The notes beneath the pieces were generated by a model. It was given only the letters and a program-made list of their open reading frames with translations. It did no database searches and was not told the origin of the DNA. 64,000 nucleotides of DNA from Candidatus Saccharimonadota bacterium (lineage in GTDB: Bacteria > Patescibacteriota > Saccharimonadia > CAILAD01 > GCA-016700035). The position numbers and the translations under genes are program-made. Where the stretch lies: NCBI GenBank assembly GCA_046350755.1, contig JAXLZV010000001.1, positions 340,790-404,789 of the forward strand, given 5' to 3'. The first letter of the stretch is position 1. Every line of letters starts with the position of its first letter. Below are positions 1-9,399 of this stretch, in pieces.

Positions 1-539
1 TACAGCGGATATATCTTGGCCGCAGTCTCTTGGGCGCGACCTTGAGCCAAGCGAGCATAAGCACTCGGCCCCAACAGTTCATTTTTTGCACCCGAAATCA
101 GACTGCGCATCGACTGTGGTGAAAAGACTTTCTCCTCGATACCGAGCTCCTTGCAAGTCAGCTTCACGACCGCCTGAGCATCGGCCTCATCATAGATCAC
201 AAAGCTCTGCGGGTACCCAAGCGTCATCGCCTCGCGCCGGAGAATTCGCACGGCGATGGAGTGGAACGTACCTAGAAACGGCAGATAATTACGATCATCG
301 GCCTCTCGACCTAGGAGACCATTCAGCCGAGCCCGCATTTCGGCCGCGGCTTTGTTTGTGAATGTTACTGCCAAAATATTCGTCGGGTGAACCTTCCGCT
401 CCATCACCAAATACGCGATACGGTGCGTTAAGGTCTTCGTCTTGCCCGAACCAGCGCCAGCCAGCATCAATACCGGGCCATCGGTCGTCAACACCCCTTC
501 GCGCTGGGCTTCATTGAGATCAGTGAGTAGTGCATGCAT
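1..539 (-). CDS. UvrD/PcrA-family ATP-dependent DNA helicase, N-terminal part (runs off window edge)
   Basis: Minus-strand translation from ATG at 537-539 gives MHALLTDLNEAQREGVLTTDGPVLMLAGAGSGKTKTLTHRIAYL...FTNKAAAEMRARL, i.e. Walker A plus motif Ia of SF1 helicases. Not in the ORF track because it is truncated at the edge. Confidence 0.8.
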   Translation of the reverse strand, partial: MHALLTDLNEAQREGVLTTDGPVLMLAGAGSGKTKTLTHRIAYLVMERKVHPTNILAVTFTNKAAAEMRARLNGLLGREADDRNYLPFLGTFHSIAVRILRREAMTLGYPQSFVIYDEADAQAVVKLTCKELGIEEKVFSPQSMRSLISGAKNELLGPSAYARLAQGRAQETAAKIYPL

Positions 540-626
540 CCTTTCTATTCTACCTGAGTAAAGCATAAGCCGAAAGTCCTACGAAAACTCTTATGCTCAG
601 GCTAAATCCGGTATACTAATGTTTAT

Positions 627-1619
627 ATGCCACCAATTCCTAACCCATTCGAGAAGAAAAAAGATCAGCCGATATCGGGCGCTCCACCAGTTGGTCTGGA
701 GGCGGCAGAGCCCGATCCAGCTGGCTCACAGCGCAAAAAGCTCCTAATTGGCAGTATTATTGCTGTCGTTATTCTCGTGCTGTTTGCAGTTGTCCCGGTG
801 GTCTATCTGCAGATCAATAAGTCAAAAAAAGCCGCTAACCCCACGAGCTCGCTGAGCATTACGCCTCGCCCACCGGTTGATCCAAAGGCCACCTCCACTC
901 TTGGTCCACAACGCCTGTTTCTCGAGCGAACTGCCACCCAGAAAATCCCCTATGACCTAACCTACACTGTACCGACGGCCTGGAATGCTAAGTTTTCGAC
1001 CACGCCATCAAACGACCTGCGTTGGAATGATAGCGTCTTGGCAGTTGCCATGATCTCGGGCTACTCGCCGCTCTCAAGCGCCAATATTAATATCCCGGTA
1101 AATAACTACGTTGCCCTGATAGATATCACGAACTGGCTGACATCGAAGAATAACCCCGTCCCGATGACACCTGCCCAAAAACAACAATGGTTTGCTACGC
1201 TCAATTCGGTCACCCCTGAAAATGCCGCTCGCGTATCGGCTGCCACTATCAATCCAAGAATCGCCAAGGAAGATGGCGGTCGCCAACACCTCCAGGCGGT
1301 GGCGGTGGCCGACAACACTCTTAAGGGGATTAGCTATATTACCAACCAGAGTAATACTGATTACACGCCAACCATCGTCATCATGCTCGTCGGCAGTTAC
1401 CAGGGTCGTAGCTACGTGCTCTACGGCCAGCACGCCATTCGCGACCAGTCCTGGGCTTCGATCTCAGCGCTCAAAGCTCGCAACGATAGTGGTTCGAGCG
1501 CCCAAATCGCTGCCACAACCGCCAATTTCGCAGCCGGCACGATTGGCACCGACACGGTTGAAATTCATACTGAATTTCTGACCGCTATCCAGACGATGCA
1601 ACTCAAACAAGTTGAATAG
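627..1619 (+). CDS. membrane-anchored extracellular protein, function unknown
   Basis: 330-aa ORF with one N-terminal TM helix (LLIGSIIAVVILVLFAVVPVVYL) followed by a Pro/Thr/Ser-rich ectodomain. TATACT-like -10 upstream. Ends in TAG. Confidence 0.5.
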   Translation: MPPIPNPFEKKKDQPISGAPPVGLEAAEPDPAGSQRKKLLIGSIIAVVILVLFAVVPVVYLQINKSKKAANPTSSLSITPRPPVDPKATSTLGPQRLFLERTATQKIPYDLTYTVPTAWNAKFSTTPSNDLRWNDSVLAVAMISGYSPLSSANINIPVNNYVALIDITNWLTSKNNPVPMTPAQKQQWFATLNSVTPENAARVSAATINPRIAKEDGGRQHLQAVAVADNTLKGISYITNQSNTDYTPTIVIMLVGSYQGRSYVLYGQHAIRDQSWASISALKARNDSGSSAQIAATTANFAAGTIGTDTVEIHTEFLTAIQTMQLKQVE

Positions 1620-1646
1620 GGTCATCGACCGGTAGTCAGAAGAAAG

Positions 1647-2171
1647 CTATTTTTCTGCGCGCGTCTTGGCGATGTGCTCGCGGGCACCAGCCGCGTCTGT
1701 CCAGCCGTCGAAGCTAATCTCCACGCCCTGCCAGTCATTTTTCCAGTCCTTGTAATGCGTGTAGAAGTGCTCAATGTATTTTTTAAAATCATCACCGAGC
1801 TGATCAACTTCTGTGAGGTAGTCTTTGGTAGAGTCCTTGGCCGGCACACAGATGAGCTTCTCGTCGCCTTCACCGTCATCAATCATCCGCACCATGCCAA
1901 TCGCGCGACATGGCACGACCACCCCTGGGTAGAGCGGCTCATCGATCAGCACCAGCGCGTCGAGTGGGTCGCCGTCATCACACAGCGTGTCCGGCACATA
2001 GCCATAATCGTATGGGTAGCCAAAAGCAACGTTATTCACACGATCGAGGAAAACTGCGCCAGTTTCCTTATCGACTTCGTACTTATTCTTCAGCTGTCCG
2101 CGTGGGATTTCGATGACCACGTTTACAACTTCTGGGGCTTTCGAACCAATTCCAACATTCTTGAGTGACAT
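1647..2171 (-). CDS. ppa: inorganic pyrophosphatase
   Basis: MSLKNVGIGSKAPEVVNVVIEIPRGQ...YPYDYGYVPDTLCDDGDPLDALVL is the family I PPase signature. Start moved to the internal ATG at 2169-2171. Ends in TAG. Confidence 0.9.
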   Translation of the reverse strand: MSLKNVGIGSKAPEVVNVVIEIPRGQLKNKYEVDKETGAVFLDRVNNVAFGYPYDYGYVPDTLCDDGDPLDALVLIDEPLYPGVVVPCRAIGMVRMIDDGEGDEKLICVPAKDSTKDYLTEVDQLGDDFKKYIEHFYTHYKDWKNDWQGVEISFDGWTDAAGAREHIAKTRAEK

Positions 2172-2223
2172 GATTTTCTCCGGATAATTACTGTATCCAG
2201 GGTACTGAATTACTGATATGAAT

Positions 2224-2484
2224 TCAAGGCAATAGGCTCCAGCTATAATTGTATGCAAGCACTGCTGCCAACATCATGAGCCAACGCCAGCCCAAATACT
2301 TCTTCCACAGCATAACCGTAAAGACGATATAGAGCCCAGTCACTAAGACCAGCAGACTAGCGGCTGTACTGCCCGCCCGGAAGAAAAAGGCCGGTAAAGT
2401 TGAAAGTGAGAACATGATCGCAAGCAAGACATTCACGATTGAAGTCACGATACGAAATAACTTATGCCTAGTTACTGGCTGCAT
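2224..2484 (-). CDS. small membrane protein (paralog of 2519-2794)
   Basis: Two predicted TM helices. Starts MQPVTRHK. Shares the motif GGCTGCATCCGCC around its start codon with the neighbouring ORF. Confidence 0.45.
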   Translation of the reverse strand: MQPVTRHKLFRIVTSIVNVLLAIMFSLSTLPAFFFRAGSTAASLLVLVTGLYIVFTVMLWKKYLGWRWLMMLAAVLAYNYSWSLLP

Positions 2485-2518
2485 CCGCCATCTCAAAAAA
2501 GATATTCATACTCCAGCT

Positions 2519-2794
2519 TCACCCCCTAAACAATAGAGATATGCAAATTATTAATATTCCTAACAAAAATGGCGAGAGTATCCAGAGCTTAATTTTCGGC
2601 CACATAAAACCACACGTAATAATTACTGCCCCTACCAAAACTGATATGTAGCCCCAGAAACCGATAATTGGAGTGATTAGGTCTATAAGTTCAGGACGTT
2701 GCTGGGTCGCCCCATACCAGATACCACACAGTCCACTAATAATGAGTAGCCAGCCGGCAATGAGTGCCGGCTTATATGAAACTTTAGGCTGCAT
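2519..2794 (-). CDS. small membrane protein (paralog of 2224-2484)
   Basis: 91 aa with 3 hydrophobic segments. Starts MQPKVSYKP. Same start-region motif as the neighbour, so likely a tandem duplicate. Confidence 0.45.
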   Translation of the reverse strand: MQPKVSYKPALIAGWLLIISGLCGIWYGATQQRPELIDLITPIIGFWGYISVLVGAVIITCGFMWPKIKLWILSPFLLGILIICISLLFRG

Positions 2795-3551
2795 CCGCCT
2801 TCTCGATGATGGTCGCGAAGCTCTTGTAATTCACGCTTGCGCCGCCCACCAATAAGCCAGCGCAGTCATTTAGCTTGAGGTAGCTCGCCGCGTTCGTGCC
2901 ATCCACACTGCCACCATAGAGTAGTGGCACCGAAGCAGCTAAGACTCCAGAATACTCCGTGCCAAGCCAAGAGCGAATATATTCCAGCATTTCGCGGGCG
3001 TCTTCTGGCTTCGCGTTCTCGCCCGTCCCGATGGCCCATACCGGCTCATAAGCAATGACGATATCAGCGACTTCCTCTTCGGTCAGCAGCGATAGGCCGG
3101 TATCGAGCTGATCGGCCACAACTTGCTTAGCATGTCCCGACACGCGATCATGCTTCGTTTCGCCAACGCAAAAAATTGGCTTCAGCCCATGCCGACGAGC
3201 GGCGCTCATCTTCTGGGCTATCAAACCATCGCGTTCGCCAAAGACGTGACGACGTTCAGAGTGACCGACGATAATATAGCTCACTAGATCAGCAACCATG
3301 CGCACGCTCATCTCGCCGGTAAAAGCCCCTTCATCAACCGGATAAGCGTTCTGGGCGCCGAGCGCAAAGCGATCATTGTGGACTAATTCCTGGCGAACAG
3401 TCGTCAAATCAAGTGCTGGTGGGCACAGTACCACTTCAACGTCATCAGGAATGCGCTTCACCTCTTTCTTCAGTCGGTTCACCAGCAAACTCGCCTCTGA
3501 GGGAGAGCAATGCATTTTCCAATTACCAATAATGTAGGTCTTCGTTGCCAT
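2784..3551 (-). CDS. tpiA: triosephosphate isomerase
   Basis: IIGNWKMH...GHSERR...CVGE...AYEPVWAIGTG...YGGSV are canonical TIM motifs. Start taken at MATKTYIIGNWKM. Confidence 0.9.
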   Translation of the reverse strand: MATKTYIIGNWKMHCSPSEASLLVNRLKKEVKRIPDDVEVVLCPPALDLTTVRQELVHNDRFALGAQNAYPVDEGAFTGEMSVRMVADLVSYIIVGHSERRHVFGERDGLIAQKMSAARRHGLKPIFCVGETKHDRVSGHAKQVVADQLDTGLSLLTEEEVADIVIAYEPVWAIGTGENAKPEDAREMLEYIRSWLGTEYSGVLAASVPLLYGGSVDGTNAASYLKLNDCAGLLVGGASVNYKSFATIIEKADAA

Positions 3552-3601
3552 ACTGCTTATGATTATTTTAGCACGCACTGGTCACTTATGCGCTAGCCAG
3601 G

Positions 3602-4069
3602 CTAGAAGAAGATCCGCGCGAGTAGCCGCGCCAACATGTACTGCGCGACCAATAACGTCACTGTATAGATAACGAGAAAACGCCAACGAATCCCCTGCCG
3701 ATAGGCTAGCCGGGCAGCGAAACCACCCAAAAACATGAGCGCAATCGCCTGCATCAGCAGTAACGCAATATATACTTTCCCATTCGGAGCACACCAAATT
3801 GGCGCCGTGGACGAAGCTAAGTACTCACAATTGGCAAGGATCTGCAGCGCAAACGCCCACACAAACCAAAACTCTATCATTAGCAGCGGTACAAAAAACA
3901 AGGTTTGAAAAACCCGTGTTGTCTTGGGCAACTTACGAGGGGGTGGTGGCACATTCATTACCAGCTGGCCACTCGTTGAGCGAGCATACACCGTCCGGGA
4001 CCGACGGGCAGCTTTGGGGCGCGCTGGAGACTTAGTTTTAGCAATTGGCTTTTTTTGACGGCTCGTCAC
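3602..4069 (-). CDS. membrane protein with basic N-terminal tail
   Basis: 155 aa: Lys/Arg-rich N-terminus then 3-4 TM helices. Overlaps pyk stop by 4 nt (ATGA), suggesting translational coupling. Confidence 0.5.
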   Translation of the reverse strand: MTSRQKKPIAKTKSPARPKAARRSRTVYARSTSGQLVMNVPPPPRKLPKTTRVFQTLFFVPLLMIEFWFVWAFALQILANCEYLASSTAPIWCAPNGKVYIALLLMQAIALMFLGGFAARLAYRQGIRWRFLVIYTVTLLVAQYMLARLLARIFF

Positions 4070-5490
4070 GATCCCACCTCGATCAAGCGTACCGTATCGG
4101 TCTTACCTGACTTACCGGCGTGTGTTCCAAATGCCGAGACGACGAGATCGCCAGCTTGCAAAGCACCCTTCTTCTGAAAATGCTTGACCACCGCCGGGCT
4201 AATCAAGCGCTCTCGCGGCACCAGAAATGATTTTCCACCCCAAAAGATTGAGCACTGATTGCAGGTCCGCTCATCCGGACTAGCCATCACGATCGCCGCA
4301 TTCGGCCGCATCGACGAAATCGAACGGGCAGTTGAGCCAGTCAGGGTTTCAGCCAATATCAGCTTAGCTCCAACGTGATTGGCGAGCGTAATAGCCGCCA
4401 GACTCACAGCGTCTTGAGCTGAGTGGGCGGCGGTCAAGCCAGTTGCTGTGCCGATCTGATTTGATTCAAGTAAGTACTGTTCGGTCGAGAGGATGACTCG
4501 CTTCATGAGCTGCACAGTTTCAACCGGATAAGCGCCGGTTGCCGTCTCACCCGACAGCATCACTGAATCCACACCGAGTGAAACGGCAGTAGCTACGTCA
4601 TTGACTTCAGCCCGTGTCGGCTGTGGTGAGGTCATCATGCTTTCAAGCATCTGCGTCGCCATAATCACCGGCCGCTTCTTTTCACGGCAGATACGAATAA
4701 TTTTCCGTCCAACGATCGGAACTTCTTCGGGACTGGTTTCGATTGCCAGATCGCCCCGGGCAATCATCACGGCGTCCGAGGCCTCAATAATTTCGTGCAA
4801 GTTATCGACAGCCGGCGCCGTCTCGATCTTAGCGATAATGCCAATCTTCTTATGCGCCTTACTGAGCAAGGCTCGAAGATGTTCGACATCAGCCGCGGTA
4901 TGAACAAACGACAGAGCAATGTAATCAATATCTTGCTTCAGCCCAAAAGCAATATCGGCCAAATCTTTTTCAGTCAGCTTGGACGACTTAATGACCGTAT
5001 CGGGTAAATTTATGCCATGCTGTGAGCCAAATTTACCTCCACTCAACACACGCATCTTCACCACGCCATCCCGCACGGCGGTGATTTCGCCCGTCACCTG
5101 CCCATCACGCAAAAACATCCGTTCACCCTTCGATACCAACTTCGTAAAATCATACTGTATCGGAATCACACCCTGCGCTGACTGCTTTGGCTCATAGGCA
5201 AACTGCAACTCATCACCAGCCCGCACCTCGAGCATCTGGGGCACGGTGCCGACGCGTATCTTTGGCCCCTGCAAGTCTTGAATAATTGCGACTGAGCGAC
5301 TAGCAGCTGACGCCGCGGCGCGCACCTTCTTGATAGCCGCCGCGTGCCAACTATGACGATTATGCGAGAAGTTTAAGCGAATCCCGTTGACCCCGGATTT
5401 TAACAGGTCATCAATCCTCTCCTCGCTGGTTGGGCCGAGGGTGGCAATAATTTTCGTCTTCTTATAACGGGTAGCGTCTATTCCGCTCAT
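4066..5490 (-). CDS. pyk: pyruvate kinase
   Basis: KTKIIATLGPTS...NFSHN...MIARGDLAIE...MLESM PK barrel motifs plus C-terminal domain. Start chosen at MSGIDATRYKK (5488-5490). Confidence 0.9.
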   Translation of the reverse strand: MSGIDATRYKKTKIIATLGPTSEERIDDLLKSGVNGIRLNFSHNRHSWHAAAIKKVRAAASAASRSVAIIQDLQGPKIRVGTVPQMLEVRAGDELQFAYEPKQSAQGVIPIQYDFTKLVSKGERMFLRDGQVTGEITAVRDGVVKMRVLSGGKFGSQHGINLPDTVIKSSKLTEKDLADIAFGLKQDIDYIALSFVHTAADVEHLRALLSKAHKKIGIIAKIETAPAVDNLHEIIEASDAVMIARGDLAIETSPEEVPIVGRKIIRICREKKRPVIMATQMLESMMTSPQPTRAEVNDVATAVSLGVDSVMLSGETATGAYPVETVQLMKRVILSTEQYLLESNQIGTATGLTAAHSAQDAVSLAAITLANHVGAKLILAETLTGSTARSISSMRPNAAIVMASPDERTCNQCSIFWGGKSFLVPRERLISPAVVKHFQKKGALQAGDLVVSAFGTHAGKSGKTDTVRLIEVGS

Positions 5491-5708
5491 GCTACCAATT
5501 GTACCTCGTTTGACTCCTGATTTACACCGGTCTCTCACCTTGACAAGCATGAGCTTTTCAGGTATAATTGTGCAGTTCAATTCCGAACCCCGTACCTTCC
5601 CCAGGAGGAAAATTGCCCCGAGCATCCAAGCCCATTCCGCGCGGTCCGCGCGACTTGTCACAAGAACAGCGTGATTACCAGCGGCGCACCAAGCGCAACG
5701 ATGTGATC

Positions 5709-5987
5709 ATGTACGCCAGCATGGCGGCAGTCATCATCCTCACGGTGATCATCGCCTTCTTCAGGGACAACGCCCTGCCGCCGGTTTGCACCGGCTCTCA
5801 GTCGGTCGTCGTCGAGCAGGGTGACACGCTCGAATCGATCATCCGCGAGAACGTCGATGGTATCAATTCCGTCGACATCCGCGATGTCGTCGAGGACGTC
5901 ATGTCCCACAACCGCCTGACCGAAACCGATGTTGCCACTCTGCAGATCGGCTCAACCATCGGTGGCATCCCCACCGGCTGCAGCTGA
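5709..5987 (+). CDS. small membrane-anchored LysM-like protein
   Basis: GC-rich ORF. N-terminal TM (MAAVIILTVIIAFF) then VVVEQGDTLESII...LQIGSTIGGIP, resembling a LysM fold. The upstream part of the track ORF overlaps the pyk promoter and is discounted. Confidence 0.4.
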   Translation: MYASMAAVIILTVIIAFFRDNALPPVCTGSQSVVVEQGDTLESIIRENVDGINSVDIRDVVEDVMSHNRLTETDVATLQIGSTIGGIPTGCS

Positions 5988-6004
5988 ATCCGAAAGGAAC
6001 CGAC

Positions 6005-6160
6005 ATGACAGAACCCACCGATGCCTCCCTCGAGGAGCGTAAGGTCAAGGCACTCGAGCAGCTCGCTAGAGTGTCAGGGGTCATCCCCTTCACCCTGGGT
6101 GCGATGATCGGATGTATGATTCTCATCTCCGGCGTAGCACTGAGCTACTTCATCTGAGCC
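6005..6160 (+). CDS. small hydrophobic-C-terminus protein (51 aa)
   Basis: ATG at 6005 gives MTEPTDASLEERKVKALEQLARVSGVIPFTLGAMIGCMILISGVALSYFI. GC-rich like its neighbour. Below the ORF-track size cutoff. Confidence 0.25.
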
Positions 6161-6273
6161 CTCACCGGCTCACACCCGTCCTCTATCGTTTTGAGGGCGG
6201 GATTTCTTTTTTACTCACATAACTCCGAGGTGTATACTAATGCGAGATAATTAACATTACACAAGGAATCATT

Positions 6274-6708
6274 ATGGCCGCTCGTCAACTCACCGAAGCT
6301 GAATTAGTTGAAAAACTCGAAAGTAAAAAAACCAAACTCAATATCTATCGGGTCGTAACTTATATTACGTACGCCTTTATCTTTATCGCCATCGTCACAT
6401 TGAGCTTCCGTATCCTCTTTCTACTTTTCTCAGCAAATCCAAGTACTCCATTCGTGAATTGGATTTATAACATCTCGTCCGACTTCATGAAGCCGTTCCG
6501 CGGCATCTTCCCCACCAAACCAGTCGGCGAAACTGGCTACCTGGATGCTTCAGCCCTGTTTGCCCTGATGATGTACAGCATCCTCGGAGCAGTTGTTAAA
6601 GGCATCATGGATCGCCTGGAGACCTCACAGTCGATCGTCAAAGAAGAGCTTTACCGACGCGAAGGCAAAGAAGTGTTGTTGGCTGATAAACCCCGCAATC
6701 AGCGCTAG
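6274..6708 (+). CDS. membrane protein, function unknown
   Basis: 144 aa with two hydrophobic helices. RBS-like AAGGAATCATT before the ATG. Followed by a strong terminator. Confidence 0.5.
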   Translation: MAARQLTEAELVEKLESKKTKLNIYRVVTYITYAFIFIAIVTLSFRILFLLFSANPSTPFVNWIYNISSDFMKPFRGIFPTKPVGETGYLDASALFALMMYSILGAVVKGIMDRLETSQSIVKEELYRREGKEVLLADKPRNQR

Positions 6709-6722
6709 CACGCCAGCTATAT

Positions 6723-6757
6723 AAAAACACCCTTGCGTGAGGCAGGGGTGTTTTTAG
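6723..6757. terminator. bidirectional rho-independent terminator
   Basis: AAAAACACCCTTGCGTGAGGCAGGGGTGTTTTT: GC-rich hairpin flanked by an A-tract and a T-tract, lying between convergent genes. Confidence 0.7.
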
Positions 6758-6769
6758 ATTGAGACTCAA

Positions 6770-7549
6770 CTACGGTCGTAATGAACCAGCAAAGATCTGC
6801 CAAGCCAAGGCCGATTTGGCCACCAGCGACAGAATAACATAGACTTTTTCACCGTAGAGATAATCCTTCCACGGTCCAACCTTTTTATATTGGAGGACCA
6901 TATTGATCGCAAAGCAGTTGAAGAAAGTGAAGATCGAGACATAAATCCAGTAAACAAAGGTTGGAATTTGCGCCCCCTCAGGACCATAGGTTGATGATGC
7001 CCAAAAATAGATGCCGATCACTACCCAAGGAATAATCCCGGCTAAACAGCCTAGCCAATACGCGACCCAATTGATTTTCGGTGACGTCTGATTCCATAAC
7101 TCCATCACCAGACCGCAAAGATTCATAATCGCCACGAGCGAGAACATCATCACCAGCGAGGCGAGGTCATAAATGCCAGTTAAGAGCGAGATAGCCACGA
7201 TCATCGTGCTAGCCGAGAGTGAATACTCGAGCCACCGATAGCGGTTGATACCGCGCTTGAGATCAGCATTATACTGACGATTCCCGACAGTGGCGATGAT
7301 GAGATGGAAGGTCGCGGACAGCAGCAGGAATATAATTACTGGCGCCACCAAAGGAATTTTCCAGAGTTGCTCAACAGCTGGATCAAGCGCTTTAGTCACA
7401 AAGTTAAACTTCAGAAAACTAACATTAATCGGGTAGGTTACGTCCCACTTGGCGATCGATGCCATTAAAATAGCCTGCACGGCGTGCAGTCCAGCCATCG
7501 CCAGATTCCAACGCTTCAGTGATTGGGTTGTAGTTTTTTTCGCTGCCAT
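6770..7549 (-). CDS. heliorhodopsin (HeR)
   Basis: 259 aa, 7 TM. Motifs RWLEYSLSASTMIVAISLL...FSLVAIMN...GCLAGIIPWVVIGIYF...YGEKVYVILSLVAKSALAWQIFAGSL closely parallel characterised heliorhodopsin 48C12 (RWVEYSLSSSVMIV... / ERAYIVLSLVAKSALAWQIFSGVL). The putative Schiff-base Lys sits in SLVAKSALAWQ. Confidence 0.85.
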   Translation of the reverse strand: MAAKKTTTQSLKRWNLAMAGLHAVQAILMASIAKWDVTYPINVSFLKFNFVTKALDPAVEQLWKIPLVAPVIIFLLLSATFHLIIATVGNRQYNADLKRGINRYRWLEYSLSASTMIVAISLLTGIYDLASLVMMFSLVAIMNLCGLVMELWNQTSPKINWVAYWLGCLAGIIPWVVIGIYFWASSTYGPEGAQIPTFVYWIYVSIFTFFNCFAINMVLQYKKVGPWKDYLYGEKVYVILSLVAKSALAWQIFAGSLRP

Positions 7550-7603
7550 CTCATCCTCGTATTATGGCTTTAGCATAGCCGCTTTGGAGAATGAAACGCA
7601 AGT

Positions 7604-8611
7604 CTAAACTGAGCGCGGTTGTTTCACGGGCAAATGCACCCGAAAAGTTGACCCCTTACCCAGAGTGCTGCTGACAGAAATCACGCCATGGTGGCTATCG
7701 GCGATGTGCTTAGCTATCGACAAGCCCAGGCCATTGCCCTCCGTATTGGCCGACGAGCGGCTTGGATCACCGCGATAGAAACGTTCAAAAACATGGGGCA
7801 AATCGACCGCAGCAATACCCGCACCAGTATCTTCTACAATAATTTCTGCCTGCCGATTCCGCTGCTGGGTTGCGACCCGAATGGTCGCTTTGGCGGGACT
7901 ATATTTGATCGCATTATCAACCAGTATAGAAATCAATTCACTCAAAGCCTTAGCATCACCCTCGCAATGAGCCGGCTTCAAATCAGTCGTCAGCTTGATC
8001 TTTTTAGCTTGAGCAAGCTTGGCTAATCGCCCGACCACTTCGTCAGCTAATCGAGCGATATCCACCTTCACCCGTACCTGGGGAGCCTCACCGTTGCGAG
8101 CCAACTGCAGCAGCCCATTCACGAGCTCTCGCATTTTTACGACTTCTTCGAGATTGCTACTCAATTGGTGGCGGGCATCCTGCAGGCTGAGCTGCTTATC
8201 GCGCAGAGCCACTTCCGTCTCTGATTGCATAGCCGTCAACGGTGTCCGTAGTTCGTGTGAAGCATCGGCCGTAAAACGACGTTGCGCCTCCAATGCCTCC
8301 TCAATCGGTCGAATATTACGCTTGGCCAGCATATAGCTCAGTCCGCCACCAACAAATACCACCAGTATATTAAAGAGAATTAAATTAGCCTTGACGCCCT
8401 GTTCAGCCTCACGAATGCGACCCAAGCGGTCATTTTCGTAGGTATCAAAGTAGGCATAGCCGCGTAAGTCCAGCACTGATGGCGGACGACGCAGGCCACG
8501 ATTGATTTGATCGACTGACACGCGATAGACAAATATCGAAAAGCCCAGCGATAACAGCATTACAAACGCCAAGTACCAAATAGTCAGCTTCAGAGCTGGT
8601 GTCAATTTCAC
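7604..8611 (-). CDS. sensor histidine kinase
   Basis: Two N-terminal TM segments, an H-box (ASHELRTPLT), and N/G1/G2 boxes (DNAIKYS, DTGAGI, GLGLSIAK). Confidence 0.85.
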   Translation of the reverse strand: MKLTPALKLTIWYLAFVMLLSLGFSIFVYRVSVDQINRGLRRPPSVLDLRGYAYFDTYENDRLGRIREAEQGVKANLILFNILVVFVGGGLSYMLAKRNIRPIEEALEAQRRFTADASHELRTPLTAMQSETEVALRDKQLSLQDARHQLSSNLEEVVKMRELVNGLLQLARNGEAPQVRVKVDIARLADEVVGRLAKLAQAKKIKLTTDLKPAHCEGDAKALSELISILVDNAIKYSPAKATIRVATQQRNRQAEIIVEDTGAGIAAVDLPHVFERFYRGDPSRSSANTEGNGLGLSIAKHIADSHHGVISVSSTLGKGSTFRVHLPVKQPRSV

Positions 8612-9288
8612 GACTGTGGTTCACCAATCGAATAACCAAAGCCGCGCGAGGTACGAATCAGCGGTTCAGCTTTAAACGGTTGATCAATTTTTTTACGGAG
8701 ATAGCCGATAAACACTTCGACGTTATTTGGCAACACATCAGTATCATATTCCCAAACGTGATCAATCAACTTTTCCTTTGAGAAGACCTGGCCTGGGTGG
8801 CGCATCAAATACTCCAGCAGCGCAAATTCTTTCTGCGAGAGATGTATCGACTGGCCAGCTCGCGAGACGCGAAAAGCCACCGGATCAAGTTCCAGGTCGG
8901 CGACCTTCAGGACGGCATCATGCGTGGTCGCTGGCCGACGCATCAGCGCCCGCATCCGAGCTAAGAGCTCCTCAAACGCAAACGGCTTGACGAGATAATC
9001 ATCGGCGCCGGCATTAAGGCCCTCAACGCGATCACCCACCTGATCCTTAGCGGTCAACATCAATATCGGTACATTCTTACCCTGCTCTCGCAACTGGCGG
9101 CAGATCTCCATACCATCCACGCCCGGCAACATCCGATCGAGCAGAATCAGATCATAGTCATCGGCTTCTGCAGCCGCCAGACCATCGTCACCGTCGAGCG
9201 CTAATTCCACCGCAAAGCGCTCCTGCTCGAGACCTTTTTTCAATGCCCCGGCGATCTTCGGCTCATCTTCAATTACGAGAACTTTCAT
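8608..9288 (-). CDS. OmpR-family response regulator
   Basis: MKVLVIEDEPKI...DLILLDRMLPGVDG receiver domain plus a winged-helix C-terminus. Stop overlaps the kinase start by 4 nt. Confidence 0.9.
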   Translation of the reverse strand: MKVLVIEDEPKIAGALKKGLEQERFAVELALDGDDGLAAAEADDYDLILLDRMLPGVDGMEICRQLREQGKNVPILMLTAKDQVGDRVEGLNAGADDYLVKPFAFEELLARMRALMRRPATTHDAVLKVADLELDPVAFRVSRAGQSIHLSQKEFALLEYLMRHPGQVFSKEKLIDHVWEYDTDVLPNNVEVFIGYLRKKIDQPFKAEPLIRTSRGFGYSIGEPQS

Positions 9289-9334
9289 ACTAATAGTATT
9301 GTACGCCCTTCTGAAATTTTCCTGAAGAACAGCA

Positions 9335-9366
9335 AATCGGTTCGCGTGAGGGAACGCGAACCGATT
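9335..9366 (-). terminator. rho-independent terminator hairpin
   Basis: AATCGGTTCGCG-tgagggaa-CGCGAACCGATT, a 12-bp perfect stem between the LTXXQ gene and the response-regulator gene. Confidence 0.6.
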
Positions 9367-9399
9367 GATACGGTAAGACTTCTCTAGTGTTATTTACTC

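Noticed and set aside
86-361. + strand 91-aa ORF at the window start
   Set aside because: Lies antisense within the clearly coding UvrD/PcrA helicase frame. Arg/Pro/Ser-rich composition typical of an antisense artefact.
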